Virus record (IMG/VR): IMGVR_UViG_3300005098_000067 | Coordinates: 1 to 63,596 of that record | Origin: a virus | Lineage: Duplodnaviria; Caudoviricetes | Length of the DNA stretch: 63,596 bases | Reading direction: 5' to 3' (one strand) | Shown here: in pieces, positions 24,714 to 34,960 of the stretch | How positions within the stretch are numbered: position 1 is the first letter of the stretch | Layout: every line of letters begins with the position of its first letter | The notes under the pieces: generated by a model | The model's database searches: none | Told to the model about the DNA's origin: nothing | Seen by the model: the letters and a program-made list of their open reading frames with translations, nothing else | Made by a program: the position numbers and the translations under genes

Positions 24714-25697
24714 TCAAATCCCTATATAGCGCACGAGCCACTCTATTCGCACCGACGTAGCTGGCGTGCCGCTGGCCCCAACAACGTTCAGCTCGTTAGC
24801 TCCACTTGGCGCTTCCGGCTCCGGCGCGATGTGAAACGTGGCCAGGTCTGAATCCGTGCTAACTGTGCCAATCAAGTTCGTGCCGTGATTATCAATGACG
24901 GTCTTGAAACCGTAAGCCAGCGTTATCGTCACCGTGTCCCCGGCAGGTATGTTGTACTCCAGTTCAATTTTCTCGCCGGTAGTCACATTCCGAACGGCCG
25001 GTGCATTGAGCGGCCCGGTTATGACAATCGTCGGGAACGTCGGCCACGTCCCTGGATACGTGACAACCAGCGTGTCGGAGATAACTCCTCCGCCAAAGAC
25101 GATCGGGAACTCCGCGCAGGAATCCGTCCAAGGGGCGCAGCCCAGGCCCGCCGCGTTGGGCGTGCAACCGAAGACCAAATTGTCCAGGGTAGTCAGGAGC
25201 CACGCCGCAACCTGTGGCTCCGGATCGTAGAACGTCGGGTCATAGGCTATGAACCGCAGGGTCTCCAGGATGTTCCATTCCGACCATTGGTCACGAGTTC
25301 GAGGAGCAAAGACTGGCCCCTGCTCAATGAGCACATCGATGCACCTCACGCTTCCATCAGGCAGGATTTTGCGCAACGTGCCGGGCTGGAACTGGCCCGC
25401 TAACTGGCGATTGGGGCGGAGCAAATTCAGGATGTCTGCCCGCGCATCCCAATAACCCTGCCGGCTGTCGGCTCTCCGGCTGTGTACAAACTGGATCGTC
25501 CGCGGCCGAAGGCGATAGTCCACCAGTGTCTCCCCATGCTGAAAGGGGCCTCGCTGCGATATGTACTCAACAGGGGGCATCCCCAGGCCCGTGAACGAAA
25601 CCAGAAAGCGCATCGCCCCGGTATCGAACTTGTACACCCGGCCATCTGGAGCAACGTAGTCATCGAATTCAATGAGCTCGCGTCTGTCAATTCGCAT
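24714..25697 (-). CDS. distal tail (Dit-like) protein
   Basis: GLGMPP..QHG...PR, DPTFY, PTIVITGP..P...N.TTG and GANEL motifs; directly follows the tape measure. Confidence 0.8.
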   Translation of the reverse strand: MRIDRRELIEFDDYVAPDGRVYKFDTGAMRFLVSFTGLGMPPVEYISQRGPFQHGETLVDYRLRPRTIQFVHSRRADSRQGYWDARADILNLLRPNRQLAGQFQPGTLRKILPDGSVRCIDVLIEQGPVFAPRTRDQWSEWNILETLRFIAYDPTFYDPEPQVAAWLLTTLDNLVFGCTPNAAGLGCAPWTDSCAEFPIVFGGGVISDTLVVTYPGTWPTFPTIVITGPLNAPAVRNVTTGEKIELEYNIPAGDTVTITLAYGFKTVIDNHGTNLIGTVSTDSDLATFHIAPEPEAPSGANELNVVGASGTPATSVRIEWLVRYIGI

Positions 25698-25703
25698 CTC
25701 AAC

Positions 25704-28700
25704 CTACAGACTAGCCGCTGCTAAAGCGGCTACAACATCGTAGTAAATCTCGGCCTCCGACTGTTGATTCGCATAAGCTGCGTTGACTTCTATGTGCACC
25801 GAGCGATCTACTTGACCGCCTCCACCTCCGCCAGCCGCAGCAGGCATGGCCGGCATAACCACCCGGATCTCGGACGCCAATCGAGGTAGCTCAACTCCCG
25901 CCAGCCGGTGGGCTTGCTCGGCAATGTCCGCCAAACCCTGAGCCCACGGCGCCATCGAGTGACTGACCAAATCCACCGGAGCGTCGGGCATCCCCCTGAT
26001 GACATTCGCTAGCTTGTTCAAAACATCTAGAGCAAGGCTAGCCCACCTGCTTAGCTCCTCGAGACCGCTCAGGAACGGATTCAGGATTTCCTCCATGAAC
26101 CAGTTTATCGCCTTACCCAGGACTTCCTCAACGACACGGGCTCCCTCCTTCAGCCACGGCACCACATCCTCCTCGATGACTTTGCGAACTTTGTCCAGTG
26201 CCGGATAGAGCGTATCACTCCACAGGCTTGCCAGGTCAGTAACGTTCTTTTTCATGGCTGAAATGTAGATTTCGACCAAATCCTGGAAAATCGGCATGAC
26301 ATTCTCTTGGATGAAGGCCCAGACTTTCTTTAGGGCGGGCCACAAGACCTCGCTCCAGAAGTCCGCCAGGTCCGAAATATTCCGCATCATGGCAGCGATG
26401 TAGATTTCAACCAGGCTCTGGAAAATCGGGATGATGTTCTCCTGGATGAAGGCCCAGACCTTCTGCAAAGCTGGCCACAGGGTCTCGCTCCAGAAGCTCG
26501 CTAAGTCCTTCACGTTTTTTATCATGGCTGCAATGTAGATGCTGACCAAAGCCTGGAAGATAGGGATGACCGACCCCTGAATGAAAGCCCAGACTTTCTT
26601 TAGGGCCGGGGCCAACACATCCTCCCAGAAGCTTGCCACCTTGCTTAAGGTGGCCGGTACATTATCGCGCAACCAGGTGATGAACGACTCAAATCCAGCT
26701 TTCACCTGTTCGCCGTGCTCTGCCCACCAGGACTGCAAAGCCGCAAGCAGATCCTCGATGGCCGACAGGGCTATGTGCATAACCTTTATGATCGTGGCCG
26801 CTATCTTCGGCCAGTGCTCCTCCAGCCAAATGCTGATAGCTGCAAAAGCATCTGTGACCAGCGGCCCTATCGTCTCGGCCAAGTAAGCTAATGCACCCGT
26901 GACGCCCTCGATGACCGTCCGAACGATGATCTCGACGCGCGGCCAATTGAACTCCAGCCAGCGCAGCACCGCCGCAAAGATGCCCACCAGCGAGGGCATG
27001 ACGCGACCCACAAAATCTCCGATTACATTCGTGACTACCTCTGACCAGGCCAGTAGCACCCGTTCAATGTCAGGCCAAATTCGCTTCGCCAGGCGCTGGA
27101 TTCCGCCCCAGGTCTGGCTTATGATTTGGCCTATGCTCTTTGCGGCTTTGCCCAGGAGATCAAAGGTCTTGCCCAACCCGGTCAGAACCTTCTTGACCCA
27201 GGGGATGGCCATGGCCTTGTCAAGCATATCCTGAAACAGCCCTCCTAGCGCATCTCGCAGGCTCTCTACCTCCGGCATCGTCTCGCCCAAGTCGAGTTCG
27301 ACTTCTACCTGCAAGTCTTCTGCCTCGCCTAAGGCTTGAGCAACAGCCTCCGTTGCCTCGGCGACCTCCTCCATTGATTCGCCTAGGTCTTCAATACTCA
27401 GCTTCGCCACCGCGTCGGCGAGTTTGGCCATGATGTCTTTCTGCTGCTCCATGACCTGCTTGGTCTGATAGTGCAGGTCTAGCTTGGCCTCGGCAATGGC
27501 CATCTCCTCTTTCAGCTCATCCATCCGGTCTTGCGCCTGCCGCTGAGCATTGCGCAGAGCTATTCGCTCCTCGACCTGCATGGCGTGCTGGATGCGCTGC
27601 TGGCGCCGTGCCTCCTCCACTTGCTTGTGCAGGGCGCTCGCCCCGGCTTCGTACTGCTCTTCGGTGATTTCCCCGGCCTCGAGCTTCTGGCGTAGCTCCT
27701 CAAGACCGAGAACCTCGGCGGCTTCGGCGCGCTCAATCGCCTCACTGAAGGGCCGCAGAGCATCGTCGAGCTCCTCGAACCGCTCCTGAATCCGGGCCAG
27801 GCCTTCCGCCTCCTCTTGGTACCTGACCTGGAGCCGAATCACGTCCACCAGCCCTTGCCCGACCTCCCCCAGTGAGGAGCTAATATTCTCCAGGGACTCC
27901 TCGAAGACGTCCCAATTCGTCCAATCGGGAGTGCCGATGCTGATGACCGATGCCAGGGCTTCCCGAAGCTCTACAAACGTCTCGGCAAACTTCCCGACTT
28001 CAATTTCCCCACCCAGTACCATGAGCTCCAGCGGCCCTCGAAACCGCTCCGCTAAATCCTTTAGCATATTGAAATCGGCAGACGAGAAGCCTGCCAAATA
28101 GACGTTCATCGCCTCCGTGCCCCATTTGCCCAAATCCGGCAAGAACTGGGGCGGGGACTTGGCCTTCATCATGCCTGAAATGAAAGATGCCACCGACTGA
28201 AGCGCCGAGGCCAAATAGGTCTTTATACCTTCGATTATCCCCCCGGCGTAGGAGGCCATGAGATTTCTGCCCCAACCCACGACTCGTTGCACCATCCCTT
28301 TGAACAGCACTATCACTGACGCCAGAGCCGTCTGCCAGGCCCTGGCAAACAGTCGACCGGCCTCCTCCGCGTTCCCCGACAGCAACTCCTTGAATGAATC
28401 CAGGATCAGCGACACGGCGCGAAAGACGTAGTTAAAGTGCTCCCCAAACTTGCTGATGTATGAAGTCGCGCGTCCCAACGTGGAGCCGATGCCCGCCGCC
28501 AACTGCTCAAAGATCGGCTGCAGGCGACCCACCACTAGGGAGACGACCTCCTGCACCTGGGCGCTGATCTGCTGCCCCCAGTTCTGCCATATCTCGATTA
28601 CCGGAGCCATGGCTTCCTTGATGCTGGTCATCACTTGCTCTATGGCTGTACCCAATCCGCCCCAGTCCCGCTTAATTGCCAAAGCCACCAACCCAATGGT

Positions 28701-29753
28701 CGCGCCCAGGGCAGCTAACGGGATGGACAGGGGCAAGACCGTCTTCACAACCGCGCTCAGGGCAACTTTCACCAAGGCCAACTGGGATGCTATCTTGGGC
28801 AATAGCGCCAACTTGAGCGCAAGAGCCCCGGTCAAGAGTCCTATTGCAGCCGTGGCTGCAATGACGGACGCGATTAACTTGTGCACGACCGGCGGCAGGG
28901 CAATTATGAACTTGAGCACATCTTTAGTAGCGAAGACTATCGCCCGAAAGGCGGGGAACAGGTGCTCACCTATGGCCAGGGTAGCTGTGTGAGCGTACCG
29001 AGACAGCGAGCGCATCATCTTCGCCGGATTTTTCATGGCCTCAGCGTAGACCCCAGCGTACTTGCTCGCCGACTCCATGATCGTGTTCAACATGGCTTGC
29101 CGCTTCTCGGTGACCGTCAGCTGCTCAGCCGTCTTGCCCACGGATTTAGCGTACTTCCCGTACATCTTCTCGCCGGACGTTATAATGCCGAACTGCCACA
29201 GCAACATCGGGTTCAGGCCCACCAACGCGGCTGTCAAGCGCTGCGCTGAGAGCGAAGAGTCCAGTCCGGCAACGACGGCCATGTTCTGGGCGGCCGTGGC
29301 TATGTCTGTAGCTTGAGCAACGTCCAGCTCAGATTGCATGAACTGGGTTAGCATCGTCCGCGAAGCGTCCACGGTCATTCCGACGTTGCGGAGCTCCATC
29401 TCAAGCTCGTGGAGACGCTCCTTGCTTATGTTTGCATTCTGGCCCACGACCTCCATGACGATTCGGAGCTCGTCCGAGCGAGCAGCGGTCATGGCGAACT
29501 TCTTGCCCAGAGCTAGTGCCCCACCTCCCAGAGCGCTCAGGGTGCCGCCCAAGACAGCTAACCCGGGGCTTGCAGCCTCCAACGTGCCGAGCAAACCCCG
29601 GGTTCGTTCTTCCATCTGAGTCGTGGCTTGTGCCGCCGCGCCCATGCTATCCGCTATGCCTGCATTCGACATCTTGACCGAACGCGCGGCGCTCTCATAC
29701 GCGGCCAGCCCGGCCATAGTCAGTTGTAAGCCTAGCGTCCGGGCCAAAGTCAT
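25704..29753 (-). CDS. tail tape measure protein
   Basis: 1349 aa, Ala/Leu-rich and helical, with roughly 40-aa Trp-periodic repeats at about 26200-26640. Confidence 0.92.
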   Translation of the reverse strand: MTLARTLGLQLTMAGLAAYESAARSVKMSNAGIADSMGAAAQATTQMEERTRGLLGTLEAASPGLAVLGGTLSALGGGALALGKKFAMTAARSDELRIVMEVVGQNANISKERLHELEMELRNVGMTVDASRTMLTQFMQSELDVAQATDIATAAQNMAVVAGLDSSLSAQRLTAALVGLNPMLLWQFGIITSGEKMYGKYAKSVGKTAEQLTVTEKRQAMLNTIMESASKYAGVYAEAMKNPAKMMRSLSRYAHTATLAIGEHLFPAFRAIVFATKDVLKFIIALPPVVHKLIASVIAATAAIGLLTGALALKLALLPKIASQLALVKVALSAVVKTVLPLSIPLAALGATIGLVALAIKRDWGGLGTAIEQVMTSIKEAMAPVIEIWQNWGQQISAQVQEVVSLVVGRLQPIFEQLAAGIGSTLGRATSYISKFGEHFNYVFRAVSLILDSFKELLSGNAEEAGRLFARAWQTALASVIVLFKGMVQRVVGWGRNLMASYAGGIIEGIKTYLASALQSVASFISGMMKAKSPPQFLPDLGKWGTEAMNVYLAGFSSADFNMLKDLAERFRGPLELMVLGGEIEVGKFAETFVELREALASVISIGTPDWTNWDVFEESLENISSSLGEVGQGLVDVIRLQVRYQEEAEGLARIQERFEELDDALRPFSEAIERAEAAEVLGLEELRQKLEAGEITEEQYEAGASALHKQVEEARRQQRIQHAMQVEERIALRNAQRQAQDRMDELKEEMAIAEAKLDLHYQTKQVMEQQKDIMAKLADAVAKLSIEDLGESMEEVAEATEAVAQALGEAEDLQVEVELDLGETMPEVESLRDALGGLFQDMLDKAMAIPWVKKVLTGLGKTFDLLGKAAKSIGQIISQTWGGIQRLAKRIWPDIERVLLAWSEVVTNVIGDFVGRVMPSLVGIFAAVLRWLEFNWPRVEIIVRTVIEGVTGALAYLAETIGPLVTDAFAAISIWLEEHWPKIAATIIKVMHIALSAIEDLLAALQSWWAEHGEQVKAGFESFITWLRDNVPATLSKVASFWEDVLAPALKKVWAFIQGSVIPIFQALVSIYIAAMIKNVKDLASFWSETLWPALQKVWAFIQENIIPIFQSLVEIYIAAMMRNISDLADFWSEVLWPALKKVWAFIQENVMPIFQDLVEIYISAMKKNVTDLASLWSDTLYPALDKVRKVIEEDVVPWLKEGARVVEEVLGKAINWFMEEILNPFLSGLEELSRWASLALDVLNKLANVIRGMPDAPVDLVSHSMAPWAQGLADIAEQAHRLAGVELPRLASEIRVVMPAMPAAAGGGGGGQVDRSVHIEVNAAYANQQSEAEIYYDVVAALAAASL

Positions 29754-29759
29754 GACGAC

Positions 29760-29985
29760 TTACCCTCCCATTGCGCCGGCGGCAATGGCTTCTTCCGCCA
29801 TCGCTGCCAGGTAGAAGGCCACGTACTCCGACTGAATCGGTCCCGGCAACTCCCGGAATTCTGTCCAGGGGATGCCGGAGAACCTTGCTGCCTTCCGATA
29901 CAGATATGCCTTACTCGCTGTCACCTTGCTCTTCGGCAACCGAAGTTCCATCACCGGAATCTCGCCCATCCATCTCAGGTCGAAA
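29760..29985 (-). CDS. tail assembly chaperone, frameshifted C-terminal extension
   Basis: +1-frame ORF overlapping the end of the chaperone gene; AARFSGIPWTEF.ELP...VAFY. Confidence 0.65.
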
Positions 29986-30447
29986 CCTGTCGAGGGCGGC
30001 TTCCACCTCCCCATTGGTGACCGTGCTGAGGCGCAGCACCTCATTGATAATGACCTCGTAGTCTGTCTCCGGGTCACCGATGTAGAACGCTTTGAGCATG
30101 GCCAGGTCCGAGACGGGAATGCCGTAGCGTTCCAATCTCCTCTCCCACGACTCGATCAGGGCAGGATCGTCCGGCAGAATCGGATCTACAAAGTCAAAAA
30201 TCAACTCCCGTAGGTCGATTCCCCGTTTCGCCCCGAATTCCTCCATGCTCTTCAGATAGGTCGGATCTTCCACGTCATCGACCCACTCTGTCCCGCCCCC
30301 GATGGTCTTCGCCTTTCGCTTAGGTGGGCGAGGGGGCTGATGCGCACGATCAAAAGCCTCGAGCAAGTCAGGCGGGATGCGCCTGCAGCGTACCTGCCGT
30401 CCGGTGCTGGGCAAGACTACCACGCCCACTTCTGCATTGTTGGTCAT
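29911..30447 (-). CDS. tail assembly chaperone
   Basis: Located between the tail tube and tape measure genes; P.PP..K....GG.E...D.EDPTY motif. Confidence 0.7.
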   Translation of the reverse strand: MTNNAEVGVVVLPSTGRQVRCRRIPPDLLEAFDRAHQPPRPPKRKAKTIGGGTEWVDDVEDPTYLKSMEEFGAKRGIDLRELIFDFVDPILPDDPALIESWERRLERYGIPVSDLAMLKAFYIGDPETDYEVIINEVLRLSTVTNGEVEAALDRFRPEMDGRDSGDGTSVAEEQGDSE

Positions 30448-30456
30448 AGCATCTCC

Positions 30457-31947
30457 TTACGCAAACCTAACCCTGGTTCCTAACGCGCCCACATAGGTGA
30501 CATCCCCTACCGCCAGGAACAGGTTTTCGTGGCAAGAGTCGAGCTGCATCAAAAGCCCTGTGGACGGGGGGACTTCCAAGTCCTCCCAATGCCCTGGTGC
30601 GCCGTGGACGTTCTCCAGAGCAACTCCCGTGTCCCCATCCAACGCTCCCACCGCCACGAGCCGGTCGCAGGCCACGCAATGCACGTCCGCCAGGTTCGGC
30701 AGATTCTTATCCGCTATCTGCGCATCCTGCACCCAATCGGCCGCGGCTGTGTCTTCACCTTTGTCAGTCCAGTAGAGGTCGCCGTCAACGTAGACCAGCG
30801 CCCAGATCATGCGCTCTACAAAGCAGAACGACGTGATCAGGGTCGCGGCTTTCGCCGCTGGCCCGGGGACGGGCTGCCAAATGTCACCCGAGTTGCTGGT
30901 GAACACGATGGCATTGTTGTCTCCCACGGCCAGCACCACGTCTTCGGTGTAGCACTTGATCCGGTACAGGTCTTGCGTTGTCACATCCCCTGCATCTCCA
31001 CCCTCGGCTGTGCTGGCTGAGGCTCCGGAGTCAGTCGATTTCCAGATGTAGCCGCCCGCCCCGCAGATCCAGATGTCGTTCGGGCTCCAGATTGCGACCG
31101 CGAAAGGAGCATGAGCGGCATAGTCCGCCAGCGTGACCTCCGTCCAGCTCTCCCCTCCGTCGAGCGAGTAGGCATGGGCTCCGTCAGTGGGGCTGACCGC
31201 GATGATCAGGCTGCCCAGGCAGGCAATTCCCGTGATTGCACCCGCCCAATTTGGCGTGCCGTTAGTCCCATCGAAAGCTTGCCAGGTGACCGTCTTCCCG
31301 CTGTCTGTAGACAGGCCGAAGTACGGATTGCCCCCTATGGCTGCTGTACCGTAGACAACACGGCATCCTTCACCCGGCGCGCTCTCGGCCGGGCAAACCT
31401 CGGCATTGCAAACGGCCAGGGCTGAAATCATGTCCGTGATTGCATCATCGGTGAGCAACTCACTGGACAGCCGCCACAGGTGATAGATAGGCGGCCTTCC
31501 CTTGAACGGGGCTGTGATGATGACCTCTCCCTGGTCGTCGTCTGAGTACGCCGACTCATCGTCCGTCGAGTACTCCGTGAACTTGGCCTCGCAGAGCCGA
31601 TCGATGGACTCCCAGTTGAACGGGTCGTCACGCCTGCTGCCCAGCTGATAACGAATGTCGAGGTGCCAGCGGCACTTCTTCATGGACGTGGCAATCTTGT
31701 TCCTGACTGACTTCTTCATGATCAGCGAGCCGTCCGCTGACTTGCCGGATGAGACAAGCTCGGCATCGACCACAAAGGCTCCCGACTCCGCTGGGTCTTG
31801 ACATTGCGTCCACTCAATGTCCCCCAAGTCTTCCGTCAAACCAGACCACCGAGAGCACGCCCCGAGCCACTCGAAAGGGCTGAGCGACGGCGCTACCTTA
31901 GCGAATCCGGTTTGCTTTCCCCTGACGATCGTTGTTGATTGGGTCAT
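30457..31947 (-). CDS. major tail tube protein fused to a BNR-repeat beta-propeller
   Basis: Position. C-terminal S.DGG.(S/T)W repeats (STDSGKT, SLDGGESW, STDSGAS, TSNSGDIW). Confidence 0.65.
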   Translation of the reverse strand: MTQSTTIVRGKQTGFAKVAPSLSPFEWLGACSRWSGLTEDLGDIEWTQCQDPAESGAFVVDAELVSSGKSADGSLIMKKSVRNKIATSMKKCRWHLDIRYQLGSRRDDPFNWESIDRLCEAKFTEYSTDDESAYSDDDQGEVIITAPFKGRPPIYHLWRLSSELLTDDAITDMISALAVCNAEVCPAESAPGEGCRVVYGTAAIGGNPYFGLSTDSGKTVTWQAFDGTNGTPNWAGAITGIACLGSLIIAVSPTDGAHAYSLDGGESWTEVTLADYAAHAPFAVAIWSPNDIWICGAGGYIWKSTDSGASASTAEGGDAGDVTTQDLYRIKCYTEDVVLAVGDNNAIVFTSNSGDIWQPVPGPAAKAATLITSFCFVERMIWALVYVDGDLYWTDKGEDTAAADWVQDAQIADKNLPNLADVHCVACDRLVAVGALDGDTGVALENVHGAPGHWEDLEVPPSTGLLMQLDSCHENLFLAVGDVTYVGALGTRVRFA

Positions 31948-31998
31948 TTTGCTTATCCTCCTGTTTATCTAACTGGCAGCCATAATTCACGGCGATCT

Positions 31999-33114
31999 TT
32001 ACATCCGGCCGCCACCTTTCCCGTAGTTGTACGGCGAGTGCTCGGCGAACATCCAGGCCGCCCAGGCCCCATTACTTAGCCCCCAGGGGCAATTCACTCG
32101 CTCCCTGGTCATCGTCGCCGGTTCCGCCCGATCTCGCTTCCAAAACCGGTGCTGGACGTCCTTTCCCGATGGGCATTCTACTTCCGGCATCAGTGAGTGC
32201 GCCAATCTGAGAACGGCATCCTCGAAGGTCGGCAGCGCGTGCGCCAGGCCGGCCCGATAGGCTACCTTGACCTGGCTGGGCTGCCCTTTGAAACAAGTGC
32301 CCCTGTACCACCTCCCACCGCTGTACGTCGCCGGGAAGATGTTCACCCAGGATAGCTCCCGTTCTACAGGCACTATGCAGGCTGATTGCAACGCTATCTC
32401 GCAACTCCCTGCGCAAACGCAGTCTTCCACCTGGACTTGAGCTTGCTGAGATACATCTGCATACTCGCGGGTGACTGCTAACTCGGTGACAAAGTTGTCC
32501 AAGTCTTCCCAGGCAACCGGCACATTCTCCTCACCCATAAGCTCCGGCTTGACCAACCGCCATCGGGGGAACGTGACGGTGACGTTTACCGGCCCAAAAT
32601 CTATCGCCGAGGGCTCTGGTCCGCTTTCGTAGAGCATATCGCTGTACCAAACCCGCACTTCGTCCACCGCCCCCACGCCTCCATGCGGGACTTGGACTTG
32701 CCCTGTTTCTCCAGCATAGACTACCGGAGCATGGGCCTCGTACACCGATACCGCCTTAGCCCCCCCCGTGATGAAGTGATGCCAGCGCAGCGATATGGGA
32801 TTTCGACCGACAAACCTGACCCACTCCTCCGGTATCCAGGTTGGCAACAGGTGAACCCCCAACTTGCTGGCCATCAGAGCCCGAGCCTCACAGAGCCGAA
32901 GGGCTATCCTCCACCGCTCCGGCCCTGTCCAGAACTGGCATTTAGGTGAGGTATAGCTCCCTCGCTTGACTCCCCAAAACTCCAGCTCAGGAATGCCGAG
33001 AACCCGAGCATACCTGGAAAGCGAGACGGCGCACATGCCAGCGCCGGGTTCCCCGCCCCAGGGAGCTCCAGGTGCTACCGGATATCCTAGACCAAACCCT
33101 GCCTCTACCGTCAC
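31999..33114 (-). CDS. head-tail connector/adaptor-like protein
   Basis: Position between capsid and tail genes; VKVAYRAG motif. Confidence 0.55.
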   Translation of the reverse strand: MTVEAGFGLGYPVAPGAPWGGEPGAGMCAVSLSRYARVLGIPELEFWGVKRGSYTSPKCQFWTGPERWRIALRLCEARALMASKLGVHLLPTWIPEEWVRFVGRNPISLRWHHFITGGAKAVSVYEAHAPVVYAGETGQVQVPHGGVGAVDEVRVWYSDMLYESGPEPSAIDFGPVNVTVTFPRWRLVKPELMGEENVPVAWEDLDNFVTELAVTREYADVSQQAQVQVEDCVCAGSCEIALQSACIVPVERELSWVNIFPATYSGGRWYRGTCFKGQPSQVKVAYRAGLAHALPTFEDAVLRLAHSLMPEVECPSGKDVQHRFWKRDRAEPATMTRERVNCPWGLSNGAWAAWMFAEHSPYNYGKGGGRM

Positions 33115-33338
33115 CTCGCTCCCCCACCCTCGGCCTCCCGCTCAAAATCCTTACTGTCCTCGAAGAATTTGACGTCTTCGGGATGCACTATGACCGGTCG
33201 CCCGGGGAAAATGGAATACGACCCTACCCTGAAATTCCCGGTTCGCCTTCCTATGTACTTGAATCTAACCCAGGCTTTCCCAGGCTTGCTTGCACGCCAC
33301 CGGCGTGCTGGCGCTCGCCTCGTTCCTCCTCAGCCCAT
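33111..33338 (-). CDS. candidate selenoprotein (MG-U-GG..., 75 aa; in-frame TGA at codon 3)
   Basis: ATG GGC TGA GGA GGA, then an open frame to a stop overlapping the next start (GTGA). Hairpin GCACGCC-GGT-GGCGTGC lies downstream of the UGA. Similar to the N-terminus of the upstream ORF. Confidence 0.55.
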
Positions 33339-33341
33339 TTC

Positions 33342-33848
33342 CTAGTCCTTGATGCAGCGGTGGAACCGCTTGAACCGAGGATCGTAGCGGGCGTCCTCAA
33401 GCGTCAAGAACTTTCCCACCGGTTTGGTCGGTGCATTGGGGCAGGTTCGACGATGAACAAGCCCGGCTGAGGACATCAGGAACGGGTACTCGCCCGCTTC
33501 CATCTCCTCCGTTAGCTGTTCCTCGGACTGGGCCAGCAACTCTGCCGCTTTCAGCAGGGCATCGACGTCAGGAGCGTCCGGCAAGCTGCCAGGCGGGTAA
33601 CGCATCCGCCCGTGCAGCAGGACTGGCTCCTCTGGCTTCGGCTTGGGCTTGGGCTTTGTCCCGCCCCAACGAACCAGCTCGAAATCCTGAAGCTTCTGAT
33701 AAGCCAGAGCCTCTGCCTCAGGCAACCACTTGCGACGCAGGGCAGGGTGCCTGCTCCATCGCCGCGTCTTGCCTCCCCGTGTCACGGAAAACGGCGCTGC
33801 ACGCGGCCCGGTGTACTTAATCAACCCTAAACGCCCCTCGTTGGCCAT
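33342..33848 (-). CDS. hypothetical protein with C-terminal H..C / H.C motif
   Basis: GAGGAGG RBS; KYTG motif and PK linker. Confidence 0.6.
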   Translation of the reverse strand: MANEGRLGLIKYTGPRAAPFSVTRGGKTRRWSRHPALRRKWLPEAEALAYQKLQDFELVRWGGTKPKPKPKPEEPVLLHGRMRYPPGSLPDAPDVDALLKAAELLAQSEEQLTEEMEAGEYPFLMSSAGLVHRRTCPNAPTKPVGKFLTLEDARYDPRFKRFHRCIKD

Positions 33849-34960
33849 CTTGACCTCCTCTCACGTGCTCTAAAAAACGCTGGATTTCTATCGTACACTT
33901 CGGCTACATATTTTTGCTTATCGCGCAGAATTCTGGACAGCATCCCCCGGCCCCGTCGCTTCCTGTAGAACACTAATGCCTCGACCACTCGCTCTGGCTG
34001 AACCCCCGCCTGCATCAACCGCGCGTGAAAATCCCAGCTCTCGAAAGCCGCAATCGTCTCGTCGTACCCTCCCACCGCTATCCAATCGTCCTTGGCGAAC
34101 AGGATCGCCGGGTGCGCCGGCTGCATGGACTGCATTGTGCTCTCGTTGACTACAACCTTGACGTGCCGGTTTGCATCGCCGAAAAGCTGGACATCTGGAT
34201 GCATCCACCGGCCGGGCTTCCAGGCGGCACGCATGGCAGCAACCGCTCCCGGTTCGAGAGCATCGTCGGCATCCAGGCTAACTATGAATTGCGTCCTGGC
34301 CACCCTAATACCTGCATTCCGAGCTTTCGGCAACCCCCGGTTCTCTTTGAGCTGCAAAACATACACGGGCCTGCCCCTGAACTCTTCCAGTGCTCCTGGA
34401 ACGTCCGGTGAACCGTCGTCGACTACCAAGACGATGCAGCCTGATGCTAGCGCTGACTTAACCGCCTGCGGCAAGAACTCTTCGTGCCGGTAGCACGGCA
34501 CAACTGCTGTGACCAGCCCGTCTGCCTTACCCTGCCACCAACTTGTCGGCGCAGGCCAAAACCGAAGCGGGCTCTCGAAGAGGGCTTCCCGAAACGCCTG
34601 CCAGGGATTCAGACTTTGGAGCTTATTCTGCCACCTGGCTATCAGCCTGTCCGTCCCCGGCGAGCGCTTGACAAAGGCCAGGGGCAAGAAATAGCCTACC
34701 GGGTCATCCTTGTAACCTGCCAGCGGACTTATCCACTCGTAGCCTCGCTCCAGCTGCTTGAACGCTAGTCTGACAAATGCCGATTTCGGACAGCGCGCCT
34801 CCGAGCCCAGGAACATGAACTCGTCGAACTGCGCCTCGGCGAGCCTGTCGGCGTAGTGCAAGGGCATGGCATACTCAACCTCTTGCACCTCCCAATCGGG
34901 GTAACAGGCCGCTGCTCTCTGTGCCGCTTCCGCTCCCACGGCCACGATCCCGCGTTTCAT
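33827..34960 (-). CDS. glycosyltransferase family 2
   Basis: VVPCY, VVDDGS, NRGLPKARNAG, LDADD, GGYDE and ESWDF motifs. Confidence 0.9.
   Translation of the reverse strand: MKRGIVAVGAEAAQRAAACYPDWEVQEVEYAMPLHYADRLAEAQFDEFMFLGSEARCPKSAFVRLAFKQLERGYEWISPLAGYKDDPVGYFLPLAFVKRSPGTDRLIARWQNKLQSLNPWQAFREALFESPLRFWPAPTSWWQGKADGLVTAVVPCYRHEEFLPQAVKSALASGCIVLVVDDGSPDVPGALEEFRGRPVYVLQLKENRGLPKARNAGIRVARTQFIVSLDADDALEPGAVAAMRAAWKPGRWMHPDVQLFGDANRHVKVVVNESTMQSMQPAHPAILFAKDDWIAVGGYDETIAAFESWDFHARLMQAGVQPERVVEALVFYRKRRGRGMLSRILRDKQKYVAEVYDRNPAFFRARERRSRWPTRGV

Noticed and set aside
26200-26640. Roughly 120-bp imperfect repeats as a DGR template/variable pair or mobile element
   Set aside because: They are in-frame coding repeats typical of tape measure proteins. 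No reverse transcriptase gene is present.
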